DNA from: an uncultured delta proteobacterium
Lineage (GTDB): Bacteria > Desulfobacterota > Binatia > UBA9968
DNA: 64,000 bases
Reading direction: 5' to 3'
Assembly (NCBI GenBank): GCA_963727625.1
Contig: CAVSHR010000004.1
Coordinates: 1,088,001 to 1,152,000, forward strand
Shown: piece by piece, positions 62,541 to 64,000 of the stretch
How the letters are laid out: each line of letters opens with the position of its first letter
Numbering within the stretch: the stretch's first letter is position 1
Program-made: the position numbers and the translations under genes
Notes under the pieces: model-generated
Told to the model about the DNA's origin: nothing
The model's database searches: none
Seen by the model: the letters and a program-made list of their open reading frames with translations, nothing else

Positions 62541-63623
62541 TCATAAGCCATAGAGCGATCGCGCGTTATCGCTGAGAATTTTTTTCTTTATCTCCGGAGC
62601 GAGGTCGGTTCGATCCTGGAAGATTTTGATGGCATCAATGTCGCTAGAGGTATCCGTGTGGCCGTAGTCCGTACCGATGACCAGGCAATCCTCGCCGGCT
62701 TGGTCAATGATATAGGGCAAATCGTCGGAATTTTCGCAAGTAACGTACATACCATATTCGCGGGTGATATTTTCCGGCCACTCGCGCCCAAGATTCTTGA
62801 AGCGATTTCTCGCCTCGTGGAGCACCCACGGGAGCCATTGCGAGCTGGCTTCGATGAATCCCCAGCGCACTTTGGGGAAAACCTGGTGGAGCTCGCTGAG
62901 CATGATGTCATTGAACGCGGCCACTGTGGGCACTCTGAAGCGGTGCAACGTTCCCGCAATCCTGACCGGATGGTCGTAAAGGTCGTTCAGCCATTTGTTG
63001 CCGTTGGCGATGTGAATCGCTATGGCCATATCCAAGCGGCCCGCTTCTTCGTAAAGGGGATAGAAATAGGGGTCACAGAGCAGTCGTTGGCCTTCGACGG
63101 GACGCATGAGCACAGCGCAGGCGCCATGCTCTTTGCCGAATCGAATCTGATCGAGAGCGTCGGACATGCTCAAGGTGGGCGGCATGCAAGACCAACGCAG
63201 GCGGTTGTTCGACTGCAGCCAGATATCAGCGAGCCAGCGGTTCCAGCTTTTGCATAATGGCACTTCCACAGCAGCGCGGTCTGTGACCGATTCGATGAAG
63301 ATCGTATTGTGTAGCACCTGAACATCGACACCGGTGCGGTCCATGTAGCCGAGACGGAGATCGACGTTACCCATCTCACGCGATTCCTGGTTATCTTCGA
63401 ACCGCCGACCGGTTCGCCGGGCGAGCCGCTCCAGCTCGGCGGCGGAAAAGGCCGGGAAACGCAAGCCCCGAACTTTGCCGTCGATGAGCCAGAACTGAAG
63501 CTTGACTCCGGCCTCTTCGCGGGTTTCCAGAGAAACCGGACGATATTGTTTTTCCGACGGGTCCATGTAGTCCCATGTGCGGGCGGACTCTACGACGTGG
63601 GCGTCAGCGTCGACTATCGTCAT
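62541..63623 (-). CDS. Amidohydrolase_2 family protein
   Basis: Motifs VDADAHVVE and GTDYGH; paralogue of 37898-38959. Confidence 0.88.
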   Translation of the reverse strand: MTIVDADAHVVESARTWDYMDPSEKQYRPVSLETREEAGVKLQFWLIDGKVRGLRFPAFSAAELERLARRTGRRFEDNQESREMGNVDLRLGYMDRTGVDVQVLHNTIFIESVTDRAAVEVPLCKSWNRWLADIWLQSNNRLRWSCMPPTLSMSDALDQIRFGKEHGACAVLMRPVEGQRLLCDPYFYPLYEEAGRLDMAIAIHIANGNKWLNDLYDHPVRIAGTLHRFRVPTVAAFNDIMLSELHQVFPKVRWGFIEASSQWLPWVLHEARNRFKNLGREWPENITREYGMYVTCENSDDLPYIIDQAGEDCLVIGTDYGHTDTSSDIDAIKIFQDRTDLAPEIKKKILSDNARSLYGL

Positions 63624-64000
63624 GGCGTACCTGCCTTTCAAATAAAATTTGACCTGCTCTGGAAGTCTTTAATAAAAGCCTCATCGCCAATCACTTTAAG
63701 ATTGAGGTGTCGACAAATGTTTTTGGCTTGGCTGAAGACGCAGTTAACACGGCCAAGGGACCTATGCCGAAAGCGAAAGCAACGGCGACTGTGGCAAATT
63801 TGTATAAGACTGCCGGCACCTCTTTGATATCTCTGATCCAGCGCCTGTGCATCAATGCGGCTGTCCTATATGTTGCGGACCTCTTTGGGCGAAAATTCCC
63901 GGACGACGGCGCCCTTGTCAAGCAGCGCCATGACCAAACCTAAGACAGATTTCCACACCTTAGCTGAAAGACGACTTGCGATTTAGTTTCTCGGTGTGTT

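Noticed and set aside
63691-63943. Short ORFs at the right edge
   Set aside because: No motifs or RBS support; cannot be called from this window.

Overview
GC-rich bacterial window. Its gene content (many amidohydrolase_2 enzymes, tripartite tricarboxylate transporters, LLM/F420-type enzymes) resembles Candidatus Binatia-like soil bacteria; that taxonomy is inference only. The first ~12.5 kb is an accessory defence island. It holds a type I R-M locus (hsdR-hsdS-ATPase; hsdM is not in the window) in which HsdR carries an in-frame REP-associated tyrosine (HUH) transposase domain plus nine translated REP palindromes. HsdS carries an in-frame GIY-YIG nuclease module, is split by an IS1380 and has a frameshift-riddled first TRD. 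Upstream lies an integron-like array of small cassettes (two toxin-antitoxin pairs, an ArsR-type HTH, an ORF6N remnant). These are punctuated by six copies of a ~42-bp palindromic motif and a duplicated ~360-bp promoter module, one copy split by an IS4. The rest is metabolic and transport genes. Notable items are a GST with an in-frame UGA at the active-site Cys followed by a SECIS-like hairpin (probable selenoprotein), a Cyc2-like cytochrome-porin with a partner cytochrome c, several sigma-54 promoters, Lrp-gltBD, and an amidohydrolase-UbiD-diiron oxidase-beta-propeller operon. All calls come from reading the sequence and recognising motifs; no searches were run.
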